Shown here piece after piece: positions 18,301 to 26,769 of a stretch of 53,361 nt of DNA. A model generated the notes under the pieces. The model was given only the letters and a program-made list of their open reading frames with translations. It made no database searches and was not told where the DNA came from. This stretch comes from a virus: IMG/VR virus record IMGVR_UViG_3300027887_000002; one strand, 5' to 3'. The translations under genes and the position numbers were made by a program. The first letter of the stretch is position 1; each line of letters starts with the position of its first letter.

Positions 18301-18641
18301 CCAACGTGATGCAGTATGAGGCGCAGACTAAAGAAGCTGAATTGATGACCAAGATCAACCAGCTTGAGGCCGAGCGCAACAATCTCCTATTGGATAGGCT
18401 CCGTATCCTTGGCGAAAAGATTTTCGATACCGTATTAACGGGTGCCGTAAACGTCTTAATGCATTCTATTGGAATTGGTGGTGGTGGTGAATCTAATGGT
18501 CCATCTCTGCCTGTGCCAGAGCCAGTCCCAGAAAATCCGTTGACGTCTATCAATTTCTATGGTGATGTCTACGGTATGGAAGACTTCTCGCAGAAAGTTG
18601 ATTTGGCTGTTAGGGAGAATTCCCGCAGGAGGAGTGGATAA
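15330..18641 (+). CDS. tape measure protein
   Basis: 1103 aa with long helical/coiled-coil stretches. Central hydrophobic segments: ITAFLGAWAIRGTAVGIMWLVGQF and LALAPVIAIASVAFMGIYSFL. Position is after the chaperones. Confidence 0.85.
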   Translation: MINSTTGATMQVNVEITTVGAEHAHALLKKHMADLEALRQTEMRLQSGHPLAVWRANQDVAGQIQAAAASKAAFESFEKQRRSVLGITAAQKDAAEQAKLLAAVDPLNQWDKSFRKMVTVFQRVRDALLSFMVINMVSQGIQEFFTKLVQANAQIEMLDTRLARMNISAEGIKTLKDSIVQLTLQTPFVIKDFTDAAVQLEAFGISAEKNLKPISDWASAMGRDLADMTTAFSKIAIGSPRTTLLLTTRGIRKEEFDAELKVTHDRVLALSNVIEKKFSEMAKATSNTFLGMIANIQDAWFLLAKQIGGPLFEKMRSDVGRLFIGLKDALGGDVAGKGSLPIKILGETIGYLYSVIKMSLPMITAFLGAWAIRGTAVGIMWLVGQFQGMIRNVSTLGAAFTEAGQAIRGFGLMSQSARISLQSLYLALAPVIAIASVAFMGIYSFLGDMERAGVDSAAAIAALNDEMITTDGKIQALKVSIASMENATGGFFSKLWAGILDIASARGRAMHGGLPGQLEMMDILEKELAREKDILSVLQAQEEERKRMLRLTRESLSTVDALAISEMVKKKQGGEEVLEAAKKQVAAQLLDADKAYTNATKLANESDAKFKQRKEGLLDVLQTLRHLQKVFTEVSLGPEVLKGKVVTETLSNMDTIIKSISLGRDQALGAWKEILGDLPDEEKNKTKGKVEKDISAWFTKIAEMEARFASLSEGEPRYAERIKGNLAKMMIERVRALSTIGGAVGIKAYMNFITAAVSTYEELNKWLEAIARNDEKLQNAQRHRYDAEREAQEALLSAEKARIDYEYERSGRLEDVRAEKQMQLFKVTVLMKQAEMELAKAKDKVVNGAIAEAEKMAAVAEVQKSLNGLTKDYWDILKEIYALPSTDFVMAWEKAMKRLQDDINAFYDTLSDSLVSGLRDFAVGVIKDFVHLFSATDERTADLLAAQEELSQLQNDSKRNYVQVEKLRRSATETNEEYLSRMKMQEQLTNANVMQYEAQTKEAELMTKINQLEAERNNLLLDRLRILGEKIFDTVLTGAVNVLMHSIGIGGGGESNGPSLPVPEPVPENPLTSINFYGDVYGMEDFSQKVDLAVRENSRRRSG
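18413..18426. repeat. CGAAAA-GA-TTTTCG palindrome-arm copy
   Basis: cgaaaagattttcg inside the tape-measure gene. Arms are perfect with a 2-nt spacer. Confidence 0.8.
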
Positions 18642-19090
18642 TGGTTCTTCTGAACTCAAGGATCAGATTCTATGTCTGGTGCGACCTTTCCCAGACTACC
18701 GTGGATTACTGTCCAGACATATCTGATCTTCCGGAATACCCAAGAGACTCAGGAATCGACATATTTGCCGATCGCTATAAGAGTGTCTTTGGGAGCAACT
18801 ACTGGAACTACAGTCGGGGCGTGTCGAGCTACTGGAATATGAGTTGGGAGGATGTGTCGGATAACTGCCAAGCTACGATGGGTATGATTGTCGGGAGTCT
18901 ATCCCAGAGTTCCCCGCACATAGCTATCTGGCAGGGACCCGGGTTGCATAACATCACCCTTGGCTCCCTATTGTCTTTGACTGGAACCGAGTTGTGCGGA
19001 ACGTATTTCTGTGAGAATGACCAGTGGGCCCCAAAAGAACGTATATACGGCAACTGGGGATTTGATACCAAATTTAGGAGAGAGGCATGA
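18641..19090 (+). CDS. distal tail protein (putative)
   Basis: ATG overlaps the tape-measure stop. 149 aa. Assignment is positional. Confidence 0.45.
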   Translation: MVLLNSRIRFYVWCDLSQTTVDYCPDISDLPEYPRDSGIDIFADRYKSVFGSNYWNYSRGVSSYWNMSWEDVSDNCQATMGMIVGSLSQSSPHIAIWQGPGLHNITLGSLLSLTGTELCGTYFCENDQWAPKERIYGNWGFDTKFRREA

Positions 19091-19569
19091 ACAGCATAAT
19101 CAATTTCAACAACCCCATCAAGTACATGGTGGTTAGTCCAACCGGAGAGATTATCCAGAGGGGTCAGGTACAGAATGCTGTGGGTGCCAGACTGAAAGAT
19201 CAACTCTCCAGGGCTATGGGATTTTCCTATGGGACTCCTGCCGGGACGGTCCTTCAGATCACCGGGATGGGCTTCAGGACAGACGGGAGCGCGATTCTGG
19301 GTTCTTTCGCACAATGGTTCGCCGGGGCCACCTGCGCGGGAACGGTGTACAATACCGCTACCTACTCGAACTCCATTATGCTTGCCGGAACCTATACGGC
19401 GACAGCCAACGTGTCGGTGAAGAGTGCGATCTTATACTCCTTGGCGGCGAATCTGACGTCTCCATCTTTGGATGTAGGCTCTTTCTGTTACGCTTATTCG
19501 ACCCAATTCAATATGAGTTGCGGTTCCGGCGGTCTTATGATTATCCAATGGACGGTGAACGTATTATGA
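19087..19569 (+). CDS. tail/baseplate protein, unknown function
   Basis: ATGA-coupled. 160 aa. Confidence 0.45.
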   Translation: MNSIINFNNPIKYMVVSPTGEIIQRGQVQNAVGARLKDQLSRAMGFSYGTPAGTVLQITGMGFRTDGSAILGSFAQWFAGATCAGTVYNTATYSNSIMLAGTYTATANVSVKSAILYSLAANLTSPSLDVGSFCYAYSTQFNMSCGSGGLMIIQWTVNVL

Positions 19570-20423
19570 TTGGGACGGCCTTAGCATATACGTTGGCCTA
19601 TAGATTGGCTGGGAGTAGTTACAGGGGTGGATTTAACCAGGGTGGGCAGGGTTCGCAGAACATATACGGTGGAACGTCTATAGCTTGGGTGGGAGCCAAC
19701 GGGTACAGATTCGGTGGGACATTTTTTGAATATGGGGCTGGCTGGCACAGTGGGTTCGGCAGTCATCTTAGACTCATCCGTGCCACCATTGCTTCTGGAA
19801 CTAGTGCTGGGAGTTTCAATAGTTTCGCATTCTGTAGTGGTACCGATGTTCTGGCTTATTCAACATTTTCAAGTGTCTACTCCCCGTCGGCGACGTTAGT
19901 AGTAGATTGGACGTTATTCATGGGAACGATACGTCCTTTCTCTTGGGATGATTGGAGCGCCTTGGCGTCTGAGTTCATTATGATCTCGGCTCTCCGTCCT
20001 CCAAGTGGAGGATGTGGGTTCGCCTCGTTCACCTGTGCCAGTTTGTATGATGCGTTTAACACCACCCGGAACTTCATGGCGACGAAGGTTTCTGAGACCG
20101 TATTACTCAATACTGCAACCACCATATTCAGGGGGACTTGCCCATATAGTGGGTTTAATCTCGGTATGATCCGGTTGTATGCTCGTACCGCCAAAAACGA
20201 CGTTATGGCTATGGAGAATATGGTCTTCGAACATACCCGCTATTGGGAACAAGAACAGTTAAGAGGGACGTACGAATTTGGCAATATGGATATGATTACC
20301 ATAGAGAACGGGGATATTTGGGCTGGGACATATTACTGGCTCGTAGAGGGAGTGGTTGATAATGTCGACTGGAATGCAACAGTTTATCCGTTGGGTACAA
20401 TAGACCCAGCGGATAGACGGTAG
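19566..20423 (+). CDS. tail/baseplate protein, unknown function
   Basis: Internal ATG 19566 (MIGTALAY...) overlaps the upstream stop (ATGA). The longer ORF-track start at 19314 would overlap the previous gene by 256 nt. Confidence 0.45.
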   Translation: MIGTALAYTLAYRLAGSSYRGGFNQGGQGSQNIYGGTSIAWVGANGYRFGGTFFEYGAGWHSGFGSHLRLIRATIASGTSAGSFNSFAFCSGTDVLAYSTFSSVYSPSATLVVDWTLFMGTIRPFSWDDWSALASEFIMISALRPPSGGCGFASFTCASLYDAFNTTRNFMATKVSETVLLNTATTIFRGTCPYSGFNLGMIRLYARTAKNDVMAMENMVFEHTRYWEQEQLRGTYEFGNMDMITIENGDIWAGTYYWLVEGVVDNVDWNATVYPLGTIDPADRR

Positions 20424-20441
20424 ATATAATCCGGAGAATCA

Positions 20442-20753
20442 ATGGCCTTACTGCAACAATGGTGGAAATTTAGGGTTCCCATATCCGAAAAGTTTTCGGT
20501 TGGAATTATTACTCCATTTACCGATAGTGAGACGGTAAGTGAAACAATGGCGCACGGTATCTTACAGAGTTTTTCCGATTTTCCTTCTGTTGTTTCAGAT
20601 CCGCCATCATTGAATATACTTCAGGAAGAGATCACTCCGTACGACCAACCATTCGGTTTCGTGAGAGGAGCCCTCAAAACTTTGTGGATATCGGATGAAC
20701 GGTATTTCCCAACTCCGAGTATACCTAAAAAAATAGAGTTAGATAGGAGCTGA
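20442..20753 (+). CDS. hypothetical tail-module protein
   Basis: 103 aa ORF in the co-directional block. It contains palindrome copy 20486-20498. Confidence 0.4.
   Translation: MALLQQWWKFRVPISEKFSVGIITPFTDSETVSETMAHGILQSFSDFPSVVSDPPSLNILQEEITPYDQPFGFVRGALKTLWISDERYFPTPSIPKKIELDRS
20486..20498. repeat. CGAAAA-G-TTTTCG palindrome copy
   Basis: ccgaaaagttttcgg. The palindrome extends to 15 nt. Confidence 0.85.
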
Positions 20754-20756
20754 ATA

Positions 20757-21530
20757 ATGGCCTTGGTTCTTCCACCTCAGGCATGGCAAGGAGAAACCGG
20801 AATACAGACTGTATGGACGGAGACTGTCGCCGGGCTATACTTCATCGGAGGGACACTGGCTCCGATAGGGACCGAGGGCGTCCTAATAAACTATGGGCGC
20901 ACATTCACCCAGTTTGACAATATCTATCCTGATATTACCTGTTTCAAGGGGACTAGTAACATAGAGTGTAGGGTTGCTTTTGGTCCATCGAGTGCCATGA
21001 TATATCCAGCCAAACAGGACGCCACACTCTATTATCGAATGGAATGGTACACCGGAGTGTACGACACCACCGTTCATGTCGAGAGAGGATACTCTTATGC
21101 TGGGGTAGACGGGCTCATTGTGCGGTTTAATACGCCATATACTCACGCCGCCAGCCTAACTCTCCAGGCTGTAGGACTTAATAATACGGGAAACGCTGTA
21201 GAGTTGGGGATAAACTACGGCTCAACAGCCGCCACATTCTCTCCTGCGGCCGCCTGTATAGTGTACTGGAGAGCTCTTGATACCTCTGGCACTATAGCTG
21301 GAAGCCATGTTGAGAGAGGGGTTATCCCGAATGTTGGGACTGTTGGGGCTTGGGCAACCTTTGCGTCTACTTTCTCTGCTGGACAGGTATATTTCCCAAG
21401 TGCTCGTTGCCAGTTTGGTACGTCAATCGCCGTTGAAGTTCAAGTGGCCAGCTTCACGCTCGCCAGTTTCTATATAAAGCCCTCTAAGGGCGGAGGAACT
21501 GTTACATGGCTCGCAGAACGCATCTACTGA
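20757..21530 (+). CDS. hypothetical tail-module protein
   Basis: 257 aa, beta-rich composition, co-directional. Confidence 0.45.
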   Translation: MALVLPPQAWQGETGIQTVWTETVAGLYFIGGTLAPIGTEGVLINYGRTFTQFDNIYPDITCFKGTSNIECRVAFGPSSAMIYPAKQDATLYYRMEWYTGVYDTTVHVERGYSYAGVDGLIVRFNTPYTHAASLTLQAVGLNNTGNAVELGINYGSTAATFSPAAACIVYWRALDTSGTIAGSHVERGVIPNVGTVGAWATFASTFSAGQVYFPSARCQFGTSIAVEVQVASFTLASFYIKPSKGGGTVTWLAERIY

Positions 21531-22156
21531 TAAGTCTTCTCCTTCTGGCTGGCACACTTCTAGCTCAGGATAGGGATGTACAAAATATCTACATCCATCA
21601 GAGACAGTTTATGGATTCCATAGCTATCCCAGCAATCCCTCCGGTTTCCGGTTCGGTTTCTGTGTTTAGCCGTGGGAAACTGGGACTCTTTATGATGTTT
21701 CCGGACGCTTCCGTGAAGAGGGTTGACTCTGTGGGGAGTGCCGCTTATGGAGATTCTGCCAGAATTGCCTATGAAGCCATGAGTATAAAGAACTATACCG
21801 TAGTGACTATGTGGCCTATGTTCGGAGGAGAGGCAGACTCAGCCTACATCACTACCAGCATCAAACTGGGAGGTGGAATTCAGCCTAGAAATGTGGTTAT
21901 AGACTCGATTAAGTACAGCGCCTTTGGTGGAAGTTGTAATGTTACCCCAAGTGTCAGGTATGGATATGACAGGTCGGCGTCTGGAACATCGGTGATTACC
22001 AGTCCTTCGGCCGTCACAAGTGTAACTACGCCCACGACTATATCGTCTTTTAATAATGCGACTGTTCCAGCAAATAACAATGTCTGGCTTGTTTTTACTG
22101 ACACAACGACTAAGCCGTGGCATTTGATGTGGACTGTGTACGGACACTACCAGTGA
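21506..22156 (+). CDS. signal-peptide-bearing protein; C-terminal domain paralogous to 24623-25066
   Basis: N-terminus MARRTHLLISLLLLAGTLLAQD. The C-terminal GIQPRNVVIDSIKY...NNNVWLVF...WTVYGHYQ aligns with GVQPTGVVIDSVHF...GNDVWITW...IIWGHLI. Confidence 0.55.
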   Translation: MARRTHLLISLLLLAGTLLAQDRDVQNIYIHQRQFMDSIAIPAIPPVSGSVSVFSRGKLGLFMMFPDASVKRVDSVGSAAYGDSARIAYEAMSIKNYTVVTMWPMFGGEADSAYITTSIKLGGGIQPRNVVIDSIKYSAFGGSCNVTPSVRYGYDRSASGTSVITSPSAVTSVTTPTTISSFNNATVPANNNVWLVFTDTTTKPWHLMWTVYGHYQ

Positions 22157-22881
22157 TACGAAAACTTTTCGTTCTATTACTTATCTGTGTTGGCGCCCAG
22201 GCCCAAGTGATGTACCCTTATGTGACCAAGAAGGCCAGCGCTGGTGGAGGTGGAGGTTCTCCTACCCCGTTCTATCTGGCTAACGCCACCATGGGAACAA
22301 CCGTGTCGGGTGGTACCAGTATGCAGATTACAGTATCTCTACCTTCTGGCTGTAACTATCTAAGGGTGGAGATGGGTGAGGCCAACGAATACTCTCGTTG
22401 TGACTCTGCGTATATCTGTAGCACGACCCCTGACGTTATTGGTGCAAGGATCGGCCTTAAAGACGCTGGGGGGACTAATCTAAACCAAGAGTCTTGGGGC
22501 ATACAGCGCTCGGATACTTCTGCCGCCTCTGTGGTTGTCCGCATACACATGACAGCCTCGATCGACTTCGCCGCAGGGGTAGTCCCGGTGGTGAAAGCAA
22601 ACTCTAGTGCGCCAGCAGGAACCTACAATGGGCAATCAAGTGCCGGGACCACTTCTCCGTCTTTCACTGTGGAGGCCGTTTCCGGAGATACGATTGTAGT
22701 CTCCACCCTTGAAGGGAACGTGACTGGAGGCTCTGTTACAAACATAGGCTCGGTATCAGACCTCAGTGGGTACCGTAGTTTCACAATTCTGAAAAAGGCT
22801 TACGTGGCGAACCCGACAACTGTTTCGTATGCCACATCCAATAGCCCCCTTAATGCCGGGGGAGCGGCGGTGAAACCATGA
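22153..22881 (+). CDS. signal-peptide-bearing protein, unknown function
   Basis: GTG 22153 overlaps the upstream TGA. Leader is (V/M)IRKLFVLLLICVGAQAQ. The leader codons carry palindrome 22159-22171. Confidence 0.5.
   Translation: MIRKLFVLLLICVGAQAQVMYPYVTKKASAGGGGGSPTPFYLANATMGTTVSGGTSMQITVSLPSGCNYLRVEMGEANEYSRCDSAYICSTTPDVIGARIGLKDAGGTNLNQESWGIQRSDTSAASVVVRIHMTASIDFAAGVVPVVKANSSAPAGTYNGQSSAGTTSPSFTVEAVSGDTIVVSTLEGNVTGGSVTNIGSVSDLSGYRSFTILKKAYVANPTTVSYATSNSPLNAGGAAVKP
22159..22171. repeat. CGAAAA-C-TTTTCG palindrome copy
   Basis: cgaaaacttttcg at codons 3-7 of gene 22153, read as RKLF. Confidence 0.85.
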
Positions 22882-24620
22882 TACGAAAACTCTTTGCGCT
22901 ATTCATACTCAGTACAAGTCTCAGTTTTGCTACTGACTATTATGTAAAGACCAACGGAAACGATGCGCTCTCCGGCACAAGTGTGGGGAACGCTTGGGCT
23001 ACCATCTCAAAAGCCAATAACACTCTTGTGGCTGGCGACAGAGTGCTCGTCTTAGGTGGAGAATATAGTGGTCAGATCAATCCGGTCAACAGTGGCTCCG
23101 CCGGAAACTATATCACTTATATAGCTTATGACGCCGCTTGGCGTCCTATTCTCCGTCCCGCTTCGGGCCCCTCGGCAAATCTTTCAGAGGACAGCTATAT
23201 CCGCGTAGAGGGCTTTGGGATGCCTAGGGGATTTGATATTTACAAGGGCAGTCACAACATCTTCCGTAACGACTCCTGTGCCTTCGACACGCAGGGTAAA
23301 ACGATATCGTATGGGGTAGGAGATTTAAACAATACCGCGTTTAATACCATTCGAAGGTGCTTTTTCAACGCGAATGATGGTATGTACGCAGAGTACGGGA
23401 GCCATGCTGGTGTCGCTATGTCCTCTGATGATATTGGCGGTGGGTGTTACGACAACCTCGTCGATAGCTGTATGAGTATCCAGAGTTCCGACATTGGGTA
23501 TTCTACATTCGGATGGCAGGGATTCAACCGTAATGTGTTCCGTGCCGATACCGCCATGTGGTGCCATACGGGATTTATGACTGAAGACGGTGTTAGCGCA
23601 CACAATTTTCTTATTGACCGTTGTGTTATTATCCAGTGTGGCATCAACTCAGCAGATAGACCAGCGTTTCCGGGATATCAGCTTAACGGGCACTCCTACG
23701 AGCTTCTCGGACAGGATCACCTTATCGTCCGATATAATGTCGCGATAAATGACACGAACCTCACGGGCAGTTACATTCCATCCCATATGTACTGGGATGA
23801 AATGGGTATTTCTCCAGATCTTGAGGGTGGGGTCGTCTGGGCGGACGCCACAAATTACTACGTTTACAACAATACGATATGGGGGCGGTGTGGGAACTCT
23901 CAAGAGCATTACATTGTACGTGTGGAAATTCCCGAGGCTGGTCAGGTCACTCAGAACATAAATGTCAAGAATAATATCTTTGCTCGGGAGACCAACTCGC
24001 CCACTATGGTCTACGAAGCCAACAGATACGGGTACGTAAACCAAACCGTAGACTTCGACAACCACTTCACAAACAACATATTCTATCGTACGTCCGGGAC
24101 TGGATCGGATGTTGGTGCGTACGAGGACGCTGGTGGGTATGTTGGGTCGTTCACAATTTCGGAATTGGAGTCATCGTATCCAGCTCGTTGGAGTAGTAAC
24201 ACCCTTGAGAATCCGGTTTTTGCGGACACTACTTCACGGGGTAGATGGATAAACTTGGGGTTACAGGCAAGTTCTCCCGCTATAGATGCTTCTGATCCAT
24301 TGACATATGCCAATGGAGGAGGTTCTGGAACGTCTCTTACTGTAGACGATGCCGGATATTTCTGGGGAGGGAACGAGTTGGTCCCTGCCGACTCCATAAT
24401 GATTGGTTCTGTGAAGCGGCAGATTAGTTCCATTAGTGGCAACGTGATAACCCTGACACAAACCGCCACATGGTCGGACAATACCCCAATATACTACTAT
24501 TCTTGGGATAAGTGGATCGGGAATTACCCAGATATCGGGGCTTTGGAATACGGAACACCCGCACCTCCAGCAGAGGGAGCCGAGCCAAGTATTCCAGGGA
24601 AAATGGTCATTGTGAGGTAA
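22878..24620 (+). CDS. right-handed parallel beta-helix (pectate-lyase fold) protein with signal-peptide-like leader; candidate polysaccharide depolymerase
   Basis: Leader MIRKLFALFILSTSLSFA. It is followed by TDYYVKTNGNDALSGTSVGNAWATISKA, a cap motif common in beta-helix proteins. Asn-ladder-like rungs recur (NIFRND, NTIRRC, NLVDSC, NVFRAD, NNTIWG, NNIFAR, NNIFYR). Confidence 0.65.
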   Translation: MIRKLFALFILSTSLSFATDYYVKTNGNDALSGTSVGNAWATISKANNTLVAGDRVLVLGGEYSGQINPVNSGSAGNYITYIAYDAAWRPILRPASGPSANLSEDSYIRVEGFGMPRGFDIYKGSHNIFRNDSCAFDTQGKTISYGVGDLNNTAFNTIRRCFFNANDGMYAEYGSHAGVAMSSDDIGGGCYDNLVDSCMSIQSSDIGYSTFGWQGFNRNVFRADTAMWCHTGFMTEDGVSAHNFLIDRCVIIQCGINSADRPAFPGYQLNGHSYELLGQDHLIVRYNVAINDTNLTGSYIPSHMYWDEMGISPDLEGGVVWADATNYYVYNNTIWGRCGNSQEHYIVRVEIPEAGQVTQNINVKNNIFARETNSPTMVYEANRYGYVNQTVDFDNHFTNNIFYRTSGTGSDVGAYEDAGGYVGSFTISELESSYPARWSSNTLENPVFADTTSRGRWINLGLQASSPAIDASDPLTYANGGGSGTSLTVDDAGYFWGGNELVPADSIMIGSVKRQISSISGNVITLTQTATWSDNTPIYYYSWDKWIGNYPDIGALEYGTPAPPAEGAEPSIPGKMVIVR

Positions 24621-24622
24621 CT

Positions 24623-25066
24623 ATGTTGCGAAAACTTTTCGTATTGTTGTTTATTCCCGTTCTGGCGATTGGGCAGACCAAGCTTAGTCATTCTACGGCT
24701 GGTCTAGATTCTGCGGCCTTTGGTTCAAAAGCATATTTCGCCTGTGGAGCAGATTCCGCTAACACCACTACTTGGGACAAGTTTCCCATGGGGGTTCAGC
24801 CGACTGGGGTGGTAATTGATAGCGTACATTTCATTTGTCTATATTCTACCACTCCAAACTTTACGCCCACCATTAGCTATGGGACGGACGTCAATGCTAC
24901 GGGAACAAGTCTGGGATCGTTCTCCTCCGTAGCGAGTTCACATGTCACTTCGGCGGTTGGGAAAGGAACAACCATTCCTGCGGGAAATGACGTCTGGATA
25001 ACCTGGGGAAGTATAACGACCCTGCCTCGGAGGTGGGCGGTGATTATCTGGGGACACCTGATATGA
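24623..25066 (+). CDS. signal-peptide-bearing small protein, paralog of the 21506-22156 C-terminal domain
   Basis: GAGG RBS 6 nt upstream of ATG 24623. Leader MLRKLFVLLFIPVLAIGQ carries palindrome 24629-24641. Confidence 0.55.
   Translation: MLRKLFVLLFIPVLAIGQTKLSHSTAGLDSAAFGSKAYFACGADSANTTTWDKFPMGVQPTGVVIDSVHFICLYSTTPNFTPTISYGTDVNATGTSLGSFSSVASSHVTSAVGKGTTIPAGNDVWITWGSITTLPRRWAVIIWGHLI
24629..24641. repeat. CGAAAA-C-TTTTCG palindrome copy
   Basis: cgaaaacttttcg at codons 3-7 of gene 24623, read as RKLF. Confidence 0.85.
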
Positions 25067-26340
25067 GACTACTTTTTTTGATGTTGTTATCTACGTCGGT
25101 TTATGCACAGTCGATATTTTACGGGTCATACCGAATCTCATCAGACCCAAATATTGTGCTTGTCGGCAGAGATAGTGCCAATATATTGTACGTAAACGAT
25201 AAGACCCTCACTACGTCTTTGAGTGGTTCAGACGGGAATAGGTATAGTCTGTTTTTTGTGGGAACCTATACGTCAGGGGCAAATTTTGTAGATTCTGTTA
25301 CTGTAGATAGCGTTGCTGGTGGTTCTATGAAAAAGGCTACACTTGTGGGTCGTACACAATATCCAGCGGGTGGGTTACAGGTTAATATTTACGGCATGAA
25401 GAACCTAAATAACGGGAGTCATACAGTGCACGCTTATGCGCCATCTCAAATGTACGGCGGGATGCTTGCGGCGGTTCATTTAGGCAATGTAGACCAAACA
25501 TTACCAATAGCAGAATATGCAGGGAACTATAATTATAGTGTTGTCCCCACTGTCATTGCTTCAAATCGACATAAACAGTGGCTCTTTGATTGCACGGTTA
25601 ACTCTGGTGGTCAGGGGAACATGGGGACGGCTGGACAAACTCTTGCCGCAAGTATTAGTAACAACGCAGACGGGGAGAACTGTGCGGTTGGGTGGGATTC
25701 AACCGTAGGATATATTTCCACTTGGGCATCCCTGGGTACGGCGAGTTGGGTTCTTGGGGCCGTCACCGTCAACCAGTATATGTCTGGAGATTCTTATGAT
25801 ACAGTATTAACAGAGGTGGACACTCAGTTAAGAGATGCGTATTGCGTTCTAAATTATACCTCAGCCACCGACAATGGTTATTTGCGCTGTGGTTCATATT
25901 TAAGTCAAGCGCGCGAGTGGGGTGCCGAGATGCCTCTGGCAATTCCTAAAGATGCCGATATTATCAATGCTGTTCTTATTTGTACAGTAAATGACAATAG
26001 CGGCTGGGGTGTTACGGATACAATGTCGGTAAGAGCTTTTGCTGTTGATAATGCCTCTGCTTTTGTTCACGGAGCATCAGAGTGGATACATGAACATCAT
26101 ACCCGAGGTACAGACTCAACATACTGGATAAGTCCAGACGGTTGGGCTGGAGATAGGGTTGAGCGCTCTTTTGATGCAAGTGCTCTTGTGCAAGCCGTCG
26201 TAAATCGTTCTGGATGGAGTTCTGGAAACTATATTGGATTTTGTGGAGTAGCGAAGACGTACGTAGACCCAAATTACATGGGGTTCAAGGACTATACTTC
26301 GGGATCGGGTAGGATGAAACTGCGAGTTGTTTACCACTAA
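25063..26340 (+). CDS. signal-peptide-bearing protein, unknown function (425 aa)
   Basis: ATG 25063 overlaps the upstream TGA (ATGA). Leader MRLLFLMLLSTSVYAQS. Confidence 0.5.
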   Translation: MRLLFLMLLSTSVYAQSIFYGSYRISSDPNIVLVGRDSANILYVNDKTLTTSLSGSDGNRYSLFFVGTYTSGANFVDSVTVDSVAGGSMKKATLVGRTQYPAGGLQVNIYGMKNLNNGSHTVHAYAPSQMYGGMLAAVHLGNVDQTLPIAEYAGNYNYSVVPTVIASNRHKQWLFDCTVNSGGQGNMGTAGQTLAASISNNADGENCAVGWDSTVGYISTWASLGTASWVLGAVTVNQYMSGDSYDTVLTEVDTQLRDAYCVLNYTSATDNGYLRCGSYLSQAREWGAEMPLAIPKDADIINAVLICTVNDNSGWGVTDTMSVRAFAVDNASAFVHGASEWIHEHHTRGTDSTYWISPDGWAGDRVERSFDASALVQAVVNRSGWSSGNYIGFCGVAKTYVDPNYMGFKDYTSGSGRMKLRVVYH

Positions 26341-26358
26341 ACATTAAGGAGAAATATC

Positions 26359-26766
26359 ATGGCTATTAAGATGTCAGTCACCGTTCGCAATGCTCGCCTG
26401 GACGCCATCGAAACGGCGATTGGCACCGGGGCAGTTTTGAAGATCCGCACTGGGGCGCCCCCGACAAATATCGCAGACGCCGATTCCGGTACCGTACTGG
26501 CGACGCTTACTCTGGATTCAAACTGGATGGCTGATGCCGCAAGTGGAAGCAAGGCTCTCGCTGGGACATGGCAGGATACGTCTGCAGACGCCGCAGGGAC
26601 AGCCGGACACTTCCGTATCTACGCTTCCAATGGTACCACACAACACATACAGGGTACGGTTGGTGGTACGTCAAGTGGTGAAGATATGGAGTTGGATAAC
26701 ACTAGTATTGCGGCTGGTCAGACAGTAACTATCACAAGCTTCACGCTCACGGACGGGAACGCATAG
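26359..26766 (+). CDS. small conserved-looking phage protein, unknown function
   Basis: AAGGAG RBS. 135 aa, Ala/Gly/Thr-rich. Confidence 0.5.
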   Translation: MAIKMSVTVRNARLDAIETAIGTGAVLKIRTGAPPTNIADADSGTVLATLTLDSNWMADAASGSKALAGTWQDTSADAAGTAGHFRIYASNGTTQHIQGTVGGTSSGEDMELDNTSIAAGQTVTITSFTLTDGNA

Positions 26767-26769
26767 TAA

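Noticed and set aside
19314-19565. Long N-terminal extensions offered by the ORF track (19314, and likewise 6816, 12130, 22117, 24512, 25033, 29498, 52468)
   Set aside because: Internal starts give ATGA/TAATG/GTGA coupling or an RBS. They also expose sensible N-termini (signal-peptide-like leaders, for example). The extensions would overlap upstream genes extensively.
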